A stretch of DNA of 64,000 nt from Cyanophora paradoxa CCMP329. Taxonomy: Eukaryota; Plantae; Glaucophyta. This document shows positions 60,521 to 64,000 of the stretch, piece after piece. The notes below the pieces were generated by a model. The model did not search any database. It was not told the DNA's origin and saw only the letters and a program-made list of their open reading frames with translations. The position numbers and the translations under genes are program-made. Every line of letters starts with the position of its first letter. The stretch's first letter is position 1. The stretch lies in contig QPMI01000295.1 of the NCBI GenBank assembly GCA_004431415.1, positions 1-64,000 of the forward strand. Reading direction: 5' to 3'.

Positions 60521-61593
60521 GCGGCTTCCTGTGCCCAGCCTTTCGGGCGCAGCTGTAGAGTGCTAGGTTTTTTTCGTTTTCGTGTGGCCCCCGACTTGGC
60601 ATGTGCATGTGCTCGTAGCTGTGCTGTGCTGTGTGTGTGCCATGAAGGAATAAATCTGGGCTTTCTTATGTGTGTTTGAGCTTGCATTGCATTCGTGGTG
60701 ATGGGTCTGTGGTGAACACTAGCTTGGCAATTGCAATGTGCATGACCTTGTGATCGTTTCAAATTTGCCATAGTCTACAAGGCCTTGTAACTACGAATTT
60801 TGCATAAGCTTTGAGCATCACAACTTTGTGGGCCATAAGTGCCACCTGGATGACTCCAACCTGGTGCGAGCCCCAGCCAATCCCCAACAGCCTGACCTCT
60901 TCTCGTCCCAGGTCACATCAGGCTGCGGTCGAGTTGCCGAGTTCCTGGCCAGCAACGGCCATCTCGTGTGTCGCCATCGCGCGCTGGGTGCTCAGATCTA
61001 ATCATTTGGTATCGCAGGTGTGGAGGAAATCATCTCTTGGTATTCAGGTGTGTCTCCCAATTTTCTATTCTGTTCCGCAGGTTGGCGCATTCATCCAGAG
61101 GTGTGCATGCTGGACAAGTTTTGAAGCATTCAAGAGAACAAGTTGTGTACTTGCATGAGTCCATATGTGTGTGCTGTGCATGCTGTGATGTGCCTTCATT
61201 CAAGAACTTCGCGCATCCACCGTGGAGGTGAACGTCAGGTGTTGTGACAAGTTCGTACCTGTGACACGCTCACTATTAAAGACTTCATGATCGGACTTGG
61301 CTTAGAATTGCTTAGAAGCAAGGCTGCTTGTGGCAGACATACTATTGAATATGCGAGCGAACGCGTAGCATATGACTTTGTATGCCTGCCACTCCGTAAG
61401 CAGCCTTGATTCTATACAATGATTGTTAGGGGTACAACCTTCAGTCTTCTTTCGAGCGAAGCAGTGAAGATTCCTCACGTTTGCGTGTCACAGCCGCCCT
61501 CCAGCGTACCAGCTCCAGCTCCAACTCAGCTCCAGCTGCAGCTGGAGCCAGACTCAACTGCAGCTCAGCCTGTCAGCTTGTGTCGTTGATAAG

Positions 61594-63570
61594 ATGTGGC
61601 GACAATTTAAGGCCTCAAGCCCAATTCCTGTGCGCTTGTGACTTTTAGCCACCAGGTTCTTTTGTGGCGTCCTGCATCCGTGAGGCCTGGTCCCAGTGGA
61701 AGGAGATTGGTGCCAACTATGTGGTGTTGTCATGGATACGTGACGGTTTCCCGCTGACTGGGGCCCGCAACCTGCCACCGGAGCATCGGCATATATATAA
61801 TCACAAGTCTGCAGCCGAGGATCACAGGGATTTTGTGCAGACGGAAATTCAGAAACTCTTGCGCACCGGGGCCATTCGTGAAGTCCAACAGCACGAAGTG
61901 AACATTGTGTGCTCCTTGTCCGTGGTCCCAAAGAAGACCGGCTCCAAACTTCGTCTGATCTGGGACGGTCGACCCACCAATCAAGGTCTACCAGATCGGA
62001 AATTTCGATTTGAGACTCTTGAGCATGTGGCGGCAATGCTCCGTCAAGGGTGGTACATGTTCACCATTGACCTAGAGTCTGGCTATCACCACGTGCCAGT
62101 GGCGGAGCAAGATTGGCGCAACATGGGCTTCTCTTTTGACAGCAAGTATTATGTCTATACGGTTTTGCCCTTCGGCCTTCGACACTCGCCTTTTGCATTC
62201 GTCAAAATTATGCGGCAAGTGGTCAACTATTTCAGGAAACTGGGCATCTTTGTTGTCAACTATGTGGACGATTGGTGGTTTGCGGCTCCTACTTTCTTGG
62301 AGGCCTGTAAGCTGCGAGACTTTAATTTGTGCTGGCTACATTTAAACGGCTTAAGTTGGTGGTCAACAGCAAGTCAGCGCTTACCCCATCTCAGTCAGTG
62401 GCTTTCCTGGGCTTCATTGTGGACTCGGCTCGCATGTTGTTTGAGGTTCCTGGCGACAAGCTGAGCAGACTACTTCAGCTGATCCGCAAGCTCCTACGCA
62501 AACACTCAGCGTCTGCCCGTGATATGGCAAAGGTGGCAGGCACCTTGGTATCCATGGCTCGAGGGCTTGCTCCAGCTCGCATCCAGACTTGTGCTTTGTT
62601 CCGTTACATCAATGTGGCGGCCCGGGAGTGGCACTGGAACCATCCTGTGCAGATTACTGATGAGACTCGGTCTGAGCTCCAGTGGTGGCTGGCCAACATA
62701 CACAAGTACAATGGGCGCTGTCCGATTCGTCCTGAGCGGCTACTTGTGCTCACCACTGATGCTAGTCATCTTGGTGCTGGAGCTTGGATTACCACGCGGA
62801 TCGGTGATGTACCTCCTGTGCTCTGTGCTCCTGGCCCGCCTCCATTCCAGTGCCTGTGGAACAGTGAGGAATCTCAGCGAATCTCTTCTTGGAGGGAGCT
62901 GCAAGCTGTGCTACGGGCTATGCAACACTATCAGTCTGTGCTTCAGAATCAGAACATCTTGGTTCGATCGGACAACTCTGTGACAGTTGCTTATATCAAC
63001 AATGGTGGCGGTCGTCATGCTTATTTGACGGAGATCGCTCGTCAGATTTGGGACATTGCCTTGACAGGTTGTGTTAGCATTGAGGCCGAGCATATTCCAG
63101 GCATAGATAACGAGTGGTCAGATGCTCTTAGCAGGTACTTTTTTCCAGCAGACTACTCCCTTAAGCCGGTATATTTTGCTATGGTCAGCCGCATTTTAGG
63201 CCCTTTTGACGTGGACAGGATGGCCACAGCTGCCAATGCCCACCTTCCTCGATATTTCTCTGTAGATTTGCGTGATGCCCGTGCCGAAGGGCATGATTGC
63301 TTCACTGTGTCATGGCTTGGTGCTCGCAACTACGTGTTTCCGGATCCCAATGTGATCCTGCATGTGGTCTCTCATGTTAGACAGTGCAGAGCAGCTGCAG
63401 TCTTTGTCGTACCTGATTGGCCCTCCGCCCCATGGTGGCCCCAGCTTGAGCAGGCAAGGCAGGCTCCTGTGTTGTACTTGGGGCCTGCTTCAACCGTCTG
63501 CTTGCCAGGCCCTCGTTCTCCTGTTCTTCCGTCTTGGTCTCTTGTGGCTATTTCCGCAGCCTGGCAGTAG
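61594..63570 (+). pseudogene. Pol of element 2 (RT-RNase H-MT), frameshifted by a 5-nt insertion at 62324-62328
   Basis: YVDD, TTDAS, RSDN, DALSR, YVFPDP. RDF-[aattt]-VLATF aligns with RDFVLKTF of element 1. The start is inferred. Confidence 0.88.
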
Positions 63571-64000
63571 CACACAAATTAGCCATCTGCAAATATAACG
63601 ATTTCGCATCCGGGGCCCCTTCTTAGTCCTCGTACGCAGCTTGCCTGACATTGCATTTGCTGCAGATGTGCGGCGTCGGCTGGGTTCTTGTGCTCTTTCG
63701 CCCCCAGAGAGCTTGCGCAAAGCTTGGAAAAGCTCTCAAATGAATACTGTACGGATGGGCATGCGTGAGGATGCGAGGGCGCGCGGAAAGATGGGCAGGT
63801 TTGTCAAGGATCGAATTCTTGCATGGGGTCGGCTGGGTCCTCGCGGCCCGGCGCATCTGCAAAGCGCGCGGAAGGATTTGTCTACATCTCAAATGCTTAT
63901 ACTATTGTTCCGCGCATGCGCCGCGGCGTGGGCGCGCGGAAAGATGTCCGGGCCTGTGCAGGATCGAATTTTCCGAAGTTCGCCGCCGGGTGCCTTCCTG
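63571..64000. repeat. Unrelated repeat-rich sequence, possibly the end of another transposon interrupting element 2
   Basis: Homology to element 1 stops at the pol stop codon. Recurrent gcgcgcggaa(a/g)gat (about 63779, 63864, 63932), aggatcgaatt (2 copies) and catctgcaaa (2 copies). Confidence 0.45.

Larger units (their letters stand above)
59257..63570 (+). mobile_element. YR retrotransposon element 2 (same family, diverged): A-gag-B-A-RT/RH/MT; YR not seen in the window
   Basis: Repeat A at 59257-59385 and 61343-61471; B-like segment 61283-61342 homologous to B of element 1; gag and pol homologous to element 1. Confidence 0.92.

Overview
GC-rich, very intron-dense eukaryotic genomic DNA from a probably flagellated protist or alga (a tectonic gene is present; the C/G-rich mini-introns resemble a glaucophyte such as Cyanophora, but that is only a guess). 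Most long ORFs in the supplied track are artefacts of GC content, so I rebuilt the genes by splicing. Host genes in order: hybrid-cluster protein (partial), tectonic, F-box protein, cytochrome P450, ABCC transporter, CWH43/PGAP2IP, a multi-TM hypothetical protein, a Ttd14-like P-loop+CYTH protein, bHLH-ZIP factor, FUT8-like GT23, class-V aminotransferase and a Kv channel. Mobile DNA: two diverged members of one tyrosine-recombinase (DIRS order, PAT-like) retrotransposon family (12810-24039 minus; 59257 onward plus), a non-autonomous LTR element splitting the YR gene, a tRNA-derived SINE and a nest of MITEs. The most unusual system is the YR-retroelement family. It is built as two cassettes, [A-gag-B][A-RT/RH/MT-YR-B], with the circle-junction-type B|A sequence between gag and pol. 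The gag cassette is tandemly duplicated in one copy, Gag starts with a conserved signal-peptide-like leader in both copies, and the gag-pol spacer keeps conserved splice-like signals. The host also uses GC donors very often (7 of 20 introns in HCP, all after exonic AG). Gene boundaries are manual and approximate.
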